DNA from: Geosiphon pyriformis uo1 | Lineage: Eukaryota > Fungi > Glomeromycota | Assembly (NCBI GenBank): GCA_016748015.1 | Contig: JAAOMT010000697.1 | Span: forward strand, 887,152 to 951,151 | Direction of reading: 5' to 3' | Length of the DNA: 64,000 nucleotides | Shown here: piece by piece, positions 47,401-61,646 of the stretch | How the letters are laid out: every line of letters begins with the position of its first letter | Numbering within the stretch: position 1 is the stretch's first letter | The notes under the pieces: model-generated | What the model saw: the letters and a program-made list of their open reading frames with translations, nothing else | Databases searched by the model: none | Told to the model about the DNA's origin: nothing | Translations under genes and position numbers: made by a program

Positions 47401-49146
47401 TGGGTATTCATTAGAATATCTTTTTACTCATATGATTTGGAAATTATTAAGACCCAAGCCTCTTTCCAAGAGCTAAGCACTAATTCACCAGACAACAAGA
47501 ATTCATAAGCACCAAAAGCATATCTAAGACCAACTTATTACAATACTTTCAAAGCTCATTTGATACATCTAAGAGACCAGCAGCTTTGCCATTAAGCAGA
47601 TCAAAAACCACCTCAACCAACTTATTAAATTCAATTGAACCCATAACACCAGAAAAAGCTTCATCAAAAACATATTTCAATGGTTGATATTGGCAGTGCC
47701 ATTCACCAGAGATATTATTCACCACTTTGCACTTCCTAATCCAACTTTTCATAATCACATTTATCTTAGACTTAACCAAATTAGGTTGCAGAATTAGTTT
47801 GTTATTAACTACTAGATGATCAAGTACCACTTTGTAAAAAAGACATTCTAGCACACTTCTGATTGTATGACTTTTATTAACTTTGAAGCTTTCCATCTTT
47901 CTATCAATAGCTAATCTGATGTTTGCCTTCTTAGCCCTCAGAGATTCAGCAAGCTTGGTGGCAGGATAAGACTTTCTAGCATCAAAGAAAACAGAATGGA
48001 CATGATTAAATCCAGCACCAGAGTTTACAATATTCTAAATAACTGAAGCCTTAACATTGTTCAAAAAAATCTAGCACCTCATAAAAAAATCAAAATTCAC
48101 AATACTTTTCTCATGAAAAACCCTGACAATTCTAGAAACCAAGAGCTCTAACTTGTAAAATCTCAAAGATTCTTTGGTGAAAACATCATCAAAGTCTTTG
48201 AACCATTTCTTTTTAAACACCTTATTAGCTGAAAAAACCATTATCTTGTGAACAATATCCCATATCACATCCAAATCTGAAAATTTTGCAGAGATGGCAA
48301 ACTCATTTGAGAACATCGCAGTATTGGCTAATGTAGCACCTTTGAAATTGTTCCATTTATCCTTATTAGCACCTTTGAACTCAAACTTCCACTGATTCTT
48401 ATTCACTTGCTTGTAAAGAGAATTTAACCACATATCTAAAAGTCCACCCAAATTCACAGACACAAAAACAGCCCAATAATCAGTATCAAAAAATTCATCA
48501 ACATCAGACACCTCACAATCCACCACAGCATTGACCAAGTTTGAAAAAATGAACAAGAAATTGATAGTCATAGCCATGTCCCAAGAGTTAACCCAAGTGG
48601 ACATTTTGACATAAGAACTTCCACTCAAGAAATTGACCAAACCAAGATCTAGACACTTTTATAACTAGCACATCTTTGGAAGCCATTTTCATTAAAGTTG
48701 CCACTTAAAACCACAAACAAGAATTCATTGACTGCTTTTGCTATCACAAAATTGATATCATTAACCTAAGAAAAATAAACAGCCAGGAACACTCTAGCAT
48801 AAAGCCCCAAAATTAACACAAAAAGTTTATTTTTGAATAACAGCTTGACTGAAAGAAGCCAACCAGGCACCTCAAAAATCTTACAAACATAACAAGCTAG
48901 AGAAGTGTTTATAATAATTACGATTCCAGCACCAAGAAAACTCTTGTCCAACCCAGATGAAAAAATTCTGACTCCATCAAACTTATCCCTAATTCAAGGC
49001 TTATTGTCAGACTTCAGCTTTGTTTCTGTAATTATTGAAACCAAATTCCCAGAATCTCTATGCCAATGGATAATGTCCTTCTGCTTGGCAGAGACATTGA
49101 TACCTTGAACATTACACATTACAAATTTCCACATGAAGTCACTCAT
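44483..49146 (-). pseudogene. LINE-3 ORF2 (APE, RT, RNase H, C-terminal Cys/His finger)
   Basis: FDTDY, PIALIE, RKAYN, FVDD, AELQTIALAL/SDSQS/KIKDHSG..GN, and CLYCGNVEMSDHVFSY. Confidence 0.88.
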
Positions 49147-51104
49147 TGGAGAGTAAGAAAATTTTATGAATTCAAACTAGAGCACAAACAATCCAATCTT
49201 TCTAAAACAGATTCAACTGACACCTCCAAAGCCACCATCTTGGATTCTAATCCACCCACCTTGGTGGTCAAAACTTTAGCAGCACTTAAACTGAGATCAG
49301 CAATTGAGTCTGCAACAATAACTACAAGCAAGAGAGGAGGAGATGCCAGTGTATTATTCAAAGCCATTTTTGAGTCCAAATTAGATGTAACAGATATAAG
49401 GACAACCAGAGGAAAGACATAAGATTTGAATATTAGAGGCACCAATTCCACAAAATTCAATTTTTTCATAATAACCAAAACTTGATCTGTCAAAAGCTCT
49501 AAAAAGTGTTACAAAAAAGCCAATCAATCAACCAAATAGGAATCACCAAGGGAATTAGAAACCAACGAGACATGTTTTGCACTTGAAAATAAACCAGTAC
49601 CAAGAAGATTTGATGAAACCATACAAGAGAAAGAACCACCAGCAACCTGGGTCCAAGTTTTTCTACTGAAAAAAACTGGGCATACAATTGGCACCTGTTT
49701 TTTCTTATATATGTTGACCAAACAGACCCAATTCTGAAGAGTCACTACCCACTTATCATAAGCACCAGAATTCCCACCCAATAAACACCCTGTAGAGATA
49801 TGACCAAACTGTTTACAATAAGCACAATGGGCCAAAGAAAGACCAGTCCAGTACAAATTCACACTTTTAAACACCAGAGTAGAACCAATAGCAGCCAATT
49901 TAGACACCTCATCAACAAAACACACAATCACACATCTATTACACACATATGAACTGAGATTACAGCCAATAAAACAAGTCTTCCTATCATATGATTCCAA
50001 CAAATCAGAAAAATCATGAGCCATCATACCAACTGGAAGAGTATAAAGCAATACTTGATGTAGATCTCTGGAAATCTACAATTATTTATTATTAATGGCT
50101 TTTGTCACATGAACAGAATTCTTTTTTATAAAAACAAACCATCTAGCTGCAACCAAATCAGCTATTTCAAATGACTCAAACTCCACTAAAGCTTTCTGCC
50201 ACAGACCAATCAATTGCATCTTGATTGATACAATCTTGCCAAATTTGGAAAAAACAGATTCTACAGCTGATTTAAAAAGATCAACTAGAATCTTCTTGAC
50301 AACAATTTCCCGATCTGAATGATTGCTTGGCTTCCTAACATCATTGTTTACCAAAATTTTTTCACAGATTGCCATTTTTTTAGTCTTATTTAAGCTCAAT
50401 TCTGAAGTAAATGATGATCTAATAATTCCAGAGAATTTTGAGAAAGCAGAAACTCCTTCAAAACCATCAACTTGATAAAAATTTTTTTTTATTGAAATCA
50501 ACTTGTCACTAACAGATTTGCCTAAAATAGCTGAAAGCTCAACATCTAATGTGAACAATTTTACTGGCTTAAAGCTCCTCTTTTCCAGAACATGTGACTT
50601 GACACTCAGTATCTAATTGGAACCTTGAAACTTGGGAGACTGGAGCTCTAAAATGTTGTTGATGTCACTCATATCATTGAAAGAAGGTTTTTTTGGCAGT
50701 TGTCTCAGAACATACATCCTTATTTGTGTCTTTCTCAGAGTCATATCATCTACCATATCATTAACTTCGGAATTGTTGGAGTCCATGTAACTCATTTCTT
50801 TTGCCACTATATTGTTTATGTTTTTCAAGTCAGACACCCCACTAACACTAGCATCCTCACTCTCTACTTTGCTACCCCATAACACCTTGCATTCTAAATT
50901 GCCAGTTTATAAAACATTGCCAGAAACAGGACCAGCCAATGAATTCACCACACCACCAATCATACCAGGATTCTTAAATTTCTTGTACAAAGGGCTGTGA
51001 GAGTATATGCTCTTAATGCATGCTTTCTTTTTACTATTAGACTGGAATTCCAACCCAGCTGAAATGGAACTAGAACCACCAGCAGAAAAGCTTACTGGTT
51101 TTAT
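49143..51104 (-). pseudogene. LINE-3 ORF1
   Basis: ORFs 50907-51107, 50613-50885, 50082-50558, 49524-50051 and 49164-49493. Confidence 0.8.
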
Positions 51105-51779
51105 CACAATAAAAAAAAGAAAGTTGGAAGAAATAATTAAAAAAAAACAAAGGGAAAAAGGAAAAGAACTAAATAAAACTTTGACAAAATTTTGTTCTCA
51201 TTGTGGTTAGAAGATTGACAAGAGAAAAAAAATTTTATACATATTTAATTAAAAAGATAAAAATAATATTAATATTATTAAAATATTTTTATTAAATAAT
51301 ATTATTATTAATTATATAGTATTATTATAATAAATATATTTTCATAATATTAAATATAGTATTAAAAAAATCAAATTGTTTTTAAGTAAGTTTATTTTTG
51401 ATAATAAAAATTTAAATAGTTTTATAAACAAATTTTATAAGCTAAATTTACTTTTAATTTTTTTATTTCAGTTTAGCCTGTATATTAACTAATCTAAATA
51501 ATTAATTACATATAAAAAACACATAATTTATATTTAACCAAATTATTAATATTTATTTAATTGATAATTTAATTTATAATATACAAATATAATTAAAATA
51601 TATAATATTAAAATTTTATTAAAAAATATTTTAGATATATTATAATACAAAAAATCTTTCTCTTGTTGATCCTCTGACCATGATGAAAATGATATTTTAT
51701 AGAAGTTTTAATTAGTCCTATTTCTTTTTTTCCTTGTTTTTTTTTAATTATTTTTTCTGATTTTCTTTCTTTTGTTGCA

Positions 51780-53737
51780 ATAGAACTGGTAGACTCTTCT
51801 GCTGGTGGTTTTAGTTCCATTTTGGCTGGGTTGGGGACCCAGTTTAATAATAAAAAGAAAGTGCACATTGAAAATATATACTCTTGTGGCCTTTGTACAA
51901 GAAATCTAAGAATTTCAGTATATCTGATAGTGTAGTGAATTCATTGACTGGTCTTGTTCCTGGCAATGTTTTACAAGCTGGCAATTTGAAGTGCAAGGTG
52001 TTTTGGGGTAGCAAAGTAGAGAACAAGGATGCTAGTGTTAATAAGGTGTCTAACTTGAAAAACATGGCCAACTTGGTGACAAAGAAAACAAATTATGTGA
52101 GTTCTAACAATTCTAAATCTAATGATATGGTGGATAATACAACTTCAAGAAAAACATGGACAAGAACATATGTTTTGGGACAACCACCAAGGAAACCTTC
52201 TTTCAATAATATAAGTGATATTAATAACGTTTTAAAGCTCCAGTCTTCCAAGTTTCAAGGTTCCAATCAGTTGCCAAGTACCAAGTCACATGTTCTGGAA
52301 AAAAGGAGCTTCGAGCCAGTAAAATTGTTTGCATTGGATGTTGAATTGTCTGCCATGCCTGAAAAAACAAATGGTGATAAGTTGATTGCAATTAAAAAAA
52401 TTTTTTATCAAATTGATGGTTTTGGAGGGGCATCAACTTTTTCAAAATTCCCAGGGATCATCAAAGCTTCATTTACATTTGAGTTTAATATGAAAAAAGC
52501 AAAAGAATTGACAATCTGTGAGAAAATTATTGTCAATAATAATCTGAAAAAGGTAAACAGCCATTCAAATCAGGAGATGATTGTCAAGGAGATCCCAATG
52601 GATCTTCCCAAATCAGCAATTAAATCAGTGTTCTCTAAATTTGGTTAGGTGATTTCAATTAGGATACAACTGATTAGGCTTTGGCAAAAAGCTTTTGTGA
52701 AATTTAAGTCATCAGATGTGGCTAGCTCAGTTGTTTTTAAATGATCAGTTCTCATGAGTAAAGATTCTGTTTGTGTTGCATTGGTATTAAATGACAAAGA
52801 GTCATGAGTGGCCAGAGATCATCATCGGGCTTTGTTGTATACACTTCCAATTAGCACCACTGCTCATAATTTGTTGGGTCTAGTGAATTCTTATGGTGGA
52901 AAAACCTGTTTTATTGGCTGTAATCCTGGTTTATATGCTCATGATAGATGTGCAATAGTCTGTTTTGATAATGAGACATCCAAATTGACTGCTATTAATT
53001 CTGTTTTGGTTTATAAGGATGTGAATTTGTAATGGGCTGGTCTTTTCTTGGTCTGTTGTGCCAAGTGTAAACATTTTGGACATATTTCTGATGTGTGTTC
53101 AGTTGGTGGGAATTCTGAAATTCATGGTAAATAGGTGGTGTCTTTTTAGGATCAAGTCTGTTTGGCTAATATTTATAAGAAAAAGCAGACTTCAGTTGCC
53201 CATCCAATGTTTTTTGGTGGAAAAACTTGGACTCAGATTGTAGGTAGCTCTTCTTTTCATGTGGCCTCATCAGTTTCTTCTGGTGTGAATTCACTTTTAA
53301 GCACGAAACCTTTGGTGTCATCTTTTAACTCTCTTAATAATTCTGGTTTAGCCAACTGTTTGGCTTCTTTGGAGCACTTCTTGAAGCTTTTGTCAAATCA
53401 GGTTTCAGATATTTTAAAAAAATTGAGCCTTGTAAATTTAATGTTGATGTTATTGCCACCTTGTGTTTCTCCTCCTCTTGTTGCTTTTCTCTTGAATTTA
53501 GCTTTGAATTTGGATATGGCTATAGATAGTGTGGTGGTGCCCTCTTCTTTTTTTCTCTTGTTGGTCAATAATACTACCCCCAAACTGAGTTTGAGTAGTT
53601 CAAAGGTGCTTACTACCAAGGTAGGTGGTTTGGAATCAAAGATAATGACTTTAAAGGTTTCAGTCAGTTCAGTTTTGGTAAAATTGAACTCTCTGTATTC
53701 TGGTTTGGGTTCATTAGCTTCTTATCCATCTCAATGA
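51780..53737 (+). pseudogene. LINE-4 ORF1
   Basis: ORFs 51884-52648, 52808-53032 and 53162-53737; CAKCKHFGHISDVC knuckle at ~53057. Confidence 0.8.
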
Positions 53738-56700
53738 TTAGTCTAGTTTGGAAAATTGCTACTTGCAATGTTTGGGGTATAAATAATTCTGCAAAACAGG
53801 AGGATATTGTTCATTGGCACAGAAATATGGGCAATTTGATTTTAATTATTACCGAGACCAAGTTATGAAGTAAGATTCATCTGTAAATTGCTAATAGATT
53901 TGATAGTATCTGAGTTTTTACTTCTGGTATAGACTCTGAGAACTTAGGTTCTGGAGTTGCCATTATTATGGACATTTCTCTGGCTCATCATATGTGTAAA
54001 ATTTTTGAGATTCCTGGTCAGCTCTTCTCTATCAGGCTACTGTTCAAAAACAAACTTTCTGTTTCAATTTTGGGGCTTTATGCTGGTGCTTCTTTGTCAG
54101 TTCAGTTCTTCTAAGCTGATGAGATCAACTCTATAATTGCTAAAGCTGTAAATGAATCTTTTTTTATTGTTCTGAGTGGTGACTTCAATGAAGATGGTTC
54201 TCATAAATATGCTAGTTTCAAAAAATGCCTAAATCTTGGTTTGGTCAACTTTTTTGATAGAAGTTCTTTTGTTAAGACTCCTATTTGGGCCAACTCTCAT
54301 GGTATAGTTAAAATGATTGACTTTCTGTTTGTTTTCTTAAACTTGGTCAATGCTGTAGTAGATCACAATGTGTGTAGTATTGGGGAATTTTTTGATACTG
54401 ATTATTGGATTGTTTCTATGTCTGTGGATTTGGGTGAACTTTTGAATGTGTGGTTGAACTCTCTTTGCAAGCAAGTGAATAGGAATCAGTGGAAGTTTGA
54501 TCTCAAGAATGCTAATGTTAATAAGTAGGAAAATTTTAAAAATGTCATGTTGGCCAATGCTGAGATGTTCTCTAATAAGTTTACTACCACTGTCAAGCTC
54601 TTGAATCTGAATGCCATGTGAGATGTTTTACATAGGATAATAACTCTTTTGGCAAATGAGATATTTAGGAAGAAGTGGCTCAAGAGTTTTGACAGTGTGT
54701 TCACCAAAGTTTTTTCGAAGTTTCACAGGTTGGAGCTTTTGGTTTTAAAAATTATTAAGGCCTCTCATGAGAAAAGTAGTGTTAGTTTTGTTTTCTTTAT
54801 GAAGTGCTAGGACTCTCTAAACAGTATCAAGGCCTTGGTTGTTCAGGATTTCATCAACTCTGGTGCAAACTCTAATCATGTTTATTCTGCTCTCTTTGGC
54901 ATAAGGAAATCATATCATGTGTTCAAGTTTACTGAATCTTTGGCAGCTAAAAAAGCAAACATTAGATCTGCTATAAATAGGAAGATGGAAAGCTTTGAGA
55001 TGAATAAGAGTCATACTATTAGGAGTGTTCTGGAGCATTCTTTCTGCAAAGTGGTTCTAGACCATCTAATTGTTGATGACAAGCTTATTTTGGAGCCTGA
55101 TTCAGTTAGATCTAAGATGAATGTTATTATGAAAGGATAGACCAGGAAGCATGGTGTAGTTGCTAATGTCTCTGATGTTTGGTCTCATTAATATTGGCTG
55201 TTGGATTATGTTTTTAATAAGATTTTTTCTGGTGTTATGTGTTTAGTTGAGTTTAATAAGCTGCTTGATGTGATTTTCGATCTGCCTAATGGCAAAGCTG
55301 CTGGTCTCTTGGGTATCACAAATGAGCTTTGGAAACATTGTAACAAGTCAATTTTGGATATGCTTTTGGTACTTTTAAACTTGTGTCTTTTTTGCAAATT
55401 GGTGCCCAGATCTTGAAAAAAGACTTGGATCTTGATGATTCTTAAACCATATGAGTGGGAGGGTGTTTTCACAAATACTCATCCTATTGCTTTAATTAAG
55501 ACAGCTTATAAGATTCTTTCTAAGATACTCTTTGATAGGATTTCTTTGGTATGCAGCACTTTTAGCATTTTTCGTGGTGACAATTTTTTGGTTTTAAAAG
55601 GCATGATGATTCAGTCTCTTATTTTTGCAGTTGGATCAGTGGTTGAAGATGCGTTGAAAAAGAATCGAAAGCTCTGGCTGGTTTTGTAGGATATATAGAA
55701 AGCATACGATTCAGTCAGCTGAGAACATTTTGAGAAAAGTTTGGTTAGGATCAAGATGTGCGGCAAGTTCATTCAGTTTTTCAGTAGTATTTATAGAGAT
55801 TGTACTAACAGGGTGATAACAAATTTTGGGTTGATGGATGGTTATCGTGTACATAATGGTTTGGACCAAGGAAAAGTCTTCTCTCCTTTTCTGTGGCATA
55901 TATTTTATGATCCTTTGTTATGCAAAGTTAAGAGACAGGAAAGCATGTGTGGTTATAGATTAAGTTTCCATTTTATTTCAAGAAATGGTCATACTGAGTT
56001 CTGAACTGGGCTCTCTTCTTTTTTTGCTGCTAGCACTTTTGTTGATAATACAATTTAAGTTAGCTGTAGTCAAACAACTACTCAACATATTCTTAATGTT
56101 GCAAGTGAGTTTTTTCGGATAAATAATATTTCTATCAATAATGACAAAACAGTGGCCATTCCTATCAATAGCAGAGTCAGCATTCTTTCTCTTTCCATTA
56201 GTGGCTCACCAATCTCCATTGCCAAAAAGGGTAAATCTCATTAATACTTGGGTATTTTTCTTTCAACTGAAGGTTTCTCAAAGCCTAATTTGGTGAAGAC
56301 AAATTTGGACATTCATTTTTTTACCAATCTGGTCTTGAAAAAAGCTGTTTCAGATAAGCAGTTCTTATATTTGGTATCAGCAGTTCTTCATCCTATAGTT
56401 AGTTATAGAATGCAGTTCAGCTTTGTTCCTATTGGTATGTGCGGCAAGTGGGATGTTTTGATTTGTAAGGACTTGAAGTTCAAATCCAGCTTACTTCTCG
56501 ATTTTTTTAGTGATATTATCCATCATCCTTTCTTTTATGGTTTAAAGTCTTTTGTTCAGATTCAGTCTGAGAGCAAAATGGTCTTTTTTATTAGTTTTGC
56601 AAACTCTGATAGCATCCTGGGTTGTTTGTTTTCTCACAGGTCTCATAACTTGCAAGTTCTGTGCTGGCACTCTGTTTATCCATTGAGTTCTCCTGTGCAT

Positions 56701-58422
56701 ATTTATGTTAGTGCTTCTAATAACTTTTTTGCAGACATGATTCACATTTTTTTTGATTGCAATTTGTCCTTGGGTGGCTCTTTGGCCAATCTTTTTCAGT
56801 TTTGTGGTGGGATCCTTATGTCTGTTGTTCTAGGCAAGTTACAGTTTCTTAGGTTTCTTCCTTCTCTTCAATGATATGGTATTGCTTTTGTGGATCAACT
56901 TCATGATCATCCTGGTTTTGTCTTTGATTGGTACACTTTCAAGCATTAAAGAAGATTGGATCCCTGTGGCCCTGTTTTTAAATAGTTTAAGCTTTTTGTT
57001 ACATTTCTAAATGGTGGAAGTCTATCTCTCACTTGCCTCTCAGTTTTGGATAATGTTGGTTCTTTGAACATTCTTGAATCTCATGATTTTGTTTCTGTTT
57101 GTGATTGTATTTTGCAGGTTGGTGCTGACAGTTTGTTGGTATATACAGATGAGTCTCTTAGTAATCTGGACTCAGTTGGCTGTAGAGCTAATACTGCTGC
57201 TTTTTTTAAGAACATTGATTTGGGTTTGAGTGTTGGTGTGTTAGATTTAATATTGTCTACTTTGGTGGAGTTGCAGGCTATTATACTGGCTCTAGAGAGT
57301 GTCTCTCCTCTGTGCTCTGTTAATTTGTTTTTGGATAGTCAATCTGCTCTGAATGCTTGTAAGTTAGAATTGGGTCTGCTGTATTCCGACTTTCATAATC
57401 AGTATTGGGTTGAACATTGTCATATTGCCAATGTTATTTGCAATAAGAATTTAAAAGTCAGCTGGCATAAGGTTAAAAGCCACTCTGGTGTTTCAGGAAA
57501 TGAGTGTCTTAATGTGATTGCTGGTGTTGCTTCTCTCTCTAATTGGTATCTTCCTCCTTACTTGGGTGAACACTTCATAATGGCTGATGGTGGTGTAGTT
57601 TCTGGCAATTCCAGATATTTTGTTTATGATATTTATCATTCGGTTTGTCGTACATATTGGGAGGTTGGTTCTGGTTCCAAATTTTTGGTGGGTGGTTTGC
57701 TTTTTGAAGTTGACTGGCTCTGTTCATCTTTGGTTTAGCACCCTGATTTGCACATGGCTGCCAGTTTCACCAGCAGACCCTCGGCTAATACACATACTTA
57801 TTTTATAAAGACTTTGTACCACCAGCTGCCAGTTGTCATTTGGAAGTGCCTTTATAATAGATCATATTCTAGTGTATTGTGCTTATATTGTGGTAATATG
57901 GAAGCTTCAAATCATGTGTTCTCTTGTAAGATTGATGATTCTCTTTGACATTAGTTGTTGAAATCCCATGTGGACTTCTGGAAGGCAGTTTTTGGTCTCT
58001 CTCATTCTTCTTTGGGCATACTTCAACTGTTGTTTTCATGTTCTTTTGACTTCTTTTTGTCTATGGTGCTCTATAAGAGTTTCGTTTTTAATAATTGGTT
58101 TTGTAAGACAGTCACTGTTTTTTATGATCCCAAAGTTGCTGGTTTGGAGATTGTTAAATTTGTGCACTCTCTTAGTTTTGTTTTTAAAAATGATGTCTGG
58201 TCAGTTTGTGCTAAACATCATGCTTACATGGAGAAAAATGGATTAATTCCTCTTGATAATTCGGTTTTCATCTCAGTTTCTGGTTTGGCTTTAGGATTGT
58301 CGACTGGAATGGTCAAATTGCTTGACATTGCCAATGCTTTTGGTGTTTGTTTTGGCTTTCACAAATCTTGTTTATTTTTTTCTGGTATTAGTGACTTAGT
58401 TTCAGTTCACATAATGGTATAG
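53734..58422 (+). pseudogene. LINE-4 ORF2 (APE, RT, RNase H, C-terminal finger)
   Basis: WKIATCNV, TETKL, SGDFN, PIALI, GLDQG, VYTDES/ELQAI/DSQSAL/KVKSHSG..GNE. Confidence 0.88.
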
Positions 58423-58450
58423 TATTGTTCTGATTGGCCCAAGTGGCTGG

Positions 58451-59427
58451 TGTTATTGGAGGTTTTTGGTCTCTTCTTAGCTCTTGTATGTTTGTTGTAA
58501 TGCTGTTAATTCATGACTATGGGAAGTGTTTGAACCTCTGATAACTAAATTTTTTCTTCAAATTATCTTCTATAATTTGAACAGCTGGGCTTATAAGTGG
58601 AATGGTCAATTCCATGCCAGTTACTTGTGTAGTTATGTTGTAGTAAACATCAACTCTTTCCCAGGAATTGCTCATCTAGAAGCTCACTAAAAAAATGTGT
58701 AGTTACTTTGCTGTGAAAGTCAACTCTTCTACAAGAATCTTGTTTGTAGGCTATCCTAATAATTGTAATAAGAAAAGAAAAAAATAAAAGAAATGTAAAA
58801 AAAACAGAATTCTGTTAAGAAAAACATTTTCTATCTAGGCCTGGAGTTACTAACAGTTTACTGAAATTGGTAGCTAATCAATTTCAAAATGTTAATTGGG
58901 TTTTGAAGATTTTCTAAGTGCAATAATTAAAGAATTTGGTTTTTCGAATTATTTGATATTTATTTCTTTTTGTGTGTGTGTGAATGGTTCTAAGTGATAA
59001 ATCTAAAATAAGATACATTTTTTCAAAAAGAGAAGCTCTTCTTTTATACAACTTGTTATAACACTATTCCATGAACTTGAACTTTGCTCTTTTCTACAAT
59101 TTTGCTGAACTAAAGATACATTTTGGCAAACTACAAGTTATTTCTGCGAACTATTAGATATTTTGGTAAACTATCAATTATTTCAGCGAATTTCTACAAA
59201 TTTCGGCAAACTTTTAAATGTTACATATTTTGGGGTATTGCATAATTGATCATTGCAATTAGGTTACCTTTGTGTTATGTACAAATTGGGTTATTAATTA
59301 AATGATAACTTTGGACATTTTGCTAATGTAATAAGTGATAATTTGAACAATAATATATGTTAATTAATGATAGGAATTATAAAGATAATTTCATGCTAAA
59401 TAATATCTCTAATTTTGTCTGGTAACA
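58451..59427 (-). repeat. 3' LTR of gypsy H
   Basis: Starts TGTTATT at the LINE breakpoint and ends GGTAACA next to the PPT. The partner LTR is not in the window. Confidence 0.75.
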
Positions 59428-59440
59428 TAACCTTCTTCTC

Positions 59441-60118
59441 AAGACTGAGCTCCATCAAAGTCCAAGTACTGTCTGTAATTTCCAGATAATAATCCAAAAT
59501 TATTGAAGAAATTTGGTCTGAAAATTGTTGAAATTTCAGTTCTGTGAGCTTTTCAATATATTGAATCTTTAAAGGTTGTAAAATTGGGTTTTGTAGGACG
59601 TTTTTACAGGTATGGAATAGGTTATAAAGTCTAAAAGCAGCTTTTAGTTTATAATGACTGTTTGTAGGTCCAGTTGTTGTCTTGAATTCATTGTAAAGTT
59701 GTTTCTGAATAGCTTTTTTTGTGAGGTTTGCTGCTATAAGCTCCCGTTTTTGTTCGTGAAGTGTTTTTCTAATATAGAAATATCTATATATTGGAGTATA
59801 GTCATAGTTTTCTTCATTAAGACACAGTTGAAGTTTTTGTTAAATAGTAGCATTTGGTGGAATACTAATAGGAGTGAACATTAAGTTTTCTCTTAAAACA
59901 AGCTTTAAAAGTTCTGACAGGTAGATTCCAGAATAACTTCTTGTGTTCTTCTTATATGGGTGATATTTTTATGAATTTGGGGCTAAATTTGTAATTACTT
60001 CTGTTTGGGTATAATTAATGTGGTTCCCAGTAACAGTAATGAATAATTTGGGTATTATTTTTTTTAAAGCTAACATTAGTTTTTGGGATAATTGCTGAAT
60101 GTTTTGAGGAATAGTCAT
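59441..60118 (-). pseudogene. ORF3 of gypsy H (~225 codons, homologous to family-1 ORF3)
   Basis: Manual translation MTIPQNIQQLSQKL...YRYFYIRKTL...KAAFRLYNLF...IEKLTELKFQQFSDQISSIIL, with two CAA>TAA-type stops. Confidence 0.7.
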
Positions 60119-60240
60119 TATAAGTGATTTGAAAATAAAAGAAAATTATTTTTGATGTATGGGTTTTTATGTTATTTTTGCTTTGTTTTTGTGAGATTGT
60201 TTCTAAATTATAAGGAAATAACTATAATAATAAATTTAAG

Positions 60241-61600
60241 TTAAGTGTTCAAGTTGAAAGGTTGTTCAATGACAACTATTGGTTCTAAATTTCAGTGAAT
60301 ATCTTTGGAATTGATTAAAAGAGAATGTGTACTAATTTGTGGAATTATAGTGTTTCAAACAATCTCCATGTACAACTTTTGCTAAGATTTTGTCATCAAG
60401 TCTTAGCTTGTATGATCCATTGCCTAGGACTTCATGGATAAAGAATAGTCTATCCCATTTATTTTCAAATTTTCCACTCTATTGTTTTTCAGCTTTAGTT
60501 CTGTGTAAGAGAACTTTGTTTCTGATTTTAAATTTATTGATAACTGGAGACAATTTGTTGTCATGCTGTTTTTTTTGTTGAGCTTAGGAGTGTTTAATAT
60601 AGGTGGCTGCTATTCGTCATTTTCCTTCCAATATGCTAAGCAGAATATAGGCTCTTTGTTGTAGTGTTTCCTAAAAGTTGTCTTTATTAATTGGTTGTAC
60701 TAGATATGTTTCTATTGTGAAACTAATTGGTAATATTGCTGTCCTTCCGTAGGTTAGATCAAATGATGTATGTTTTATAGTATCTTGTTTTAGTGTTTTA
60801 TATGCTAGTAACACTGATGAAATAAAGAGATCCCATTTTTGCTCAAAATTGGTTGAGACTTTGGCTAATAATTCACACAATGTTCTGTTGAAATATTCTA
60901 CAAGTCCATTTGTTTGTAGATGGTAAGACAAAGATAATGGTCTCTTGACATTAAATCATCCACAAATTTTCTGGATTAAATTGTTCACGAAATGTGTTTC
61001 TTGATTAGATAAAAGTTCTATTGGGCATCCATGTCTACAAATAATGTCTTCGTAGATAAAGTTTGCTATTGATTTCACATCTGTTTGTTGAATGACTTTG
61101 GTTTTAGGCCATTTGGTGAGATAATCTATAGCTACTGCAATATAACAGTTTCCTTGGTTTGTGATAAGTAGTGGTCTGACTAAATTGATACCAATTCAGT
61201 CAAAAGACTGTCCAACTTTGATTGGGTTTAAAGGTTCTGTAAGGTGAGTTCCTCCTCTCCTTTAACAACTATCACAAGACTTAATGTATTTATGAATGTC
61301 TTTTCTTATTTGAGGCCAAAAGTAATATTCTAGTGTTCTCTGTGTGATGCTGTCTTTTCTTAGGTGTGCTGATAAAGGATCTGAGTGCATGTTATATAAA
61401 ATGGTTTCTTTTTTATGTTCTTGTATTAATCTGAGTAGATTGTCTGGGTTTCTGAAGTTTCAATAATAAATTATGTTGTTGTGTAAAAAGTATTGTTTGG
61501 CTTGTTGTTGTAACTGATGTTTTTTATCTGAAAACCAATCTGTTGGGATTGTTAATGTCTCCAAATATTGTTTAAGATTGTTGTAGTTTTTGGGATTCAT
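60241..61600 (-). pseudogene. Stand-alone integrase ORF of gypsy H
   Basis: ATG at 61600 (MNPKNYNNLKQYL), MHSDPLSAH, YFWPQ..CDSC, and ORF 60671-60931 YHLQTNGLVEYFNRT. Confidence 0.87.
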
Positions 61601-61646
61601 TGTTTGTTGTTTTGTTGTTAATTCAAATGGGTGTTGGTTTTGTATT

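Larger units (their letters stand above)
44351..51232 (-). mobile_element. LINE-3: full-length APE-RT-RNase H non-LTR retrotransposon
   Basis: ORF1 ~51104-49143 (CAYCKQFGHISTGC) and ORF2 49146-44483. Poly(A) tail as T10 at 44351-44360. The 5' UTR matches LINE-4. Confidence 0.9.
51656..58450 (+). mobile_element. LINE-4: near full-length APE-RT-RNase H non-LTR retrotransposon, 3' UTR interrupted by gypsy H
   Basis: ORF1 ~51780-53737 and ORF2 53734-58422. 3' UTR homology to LINE-2/3 stops at 58450. Confidence 0.9.
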
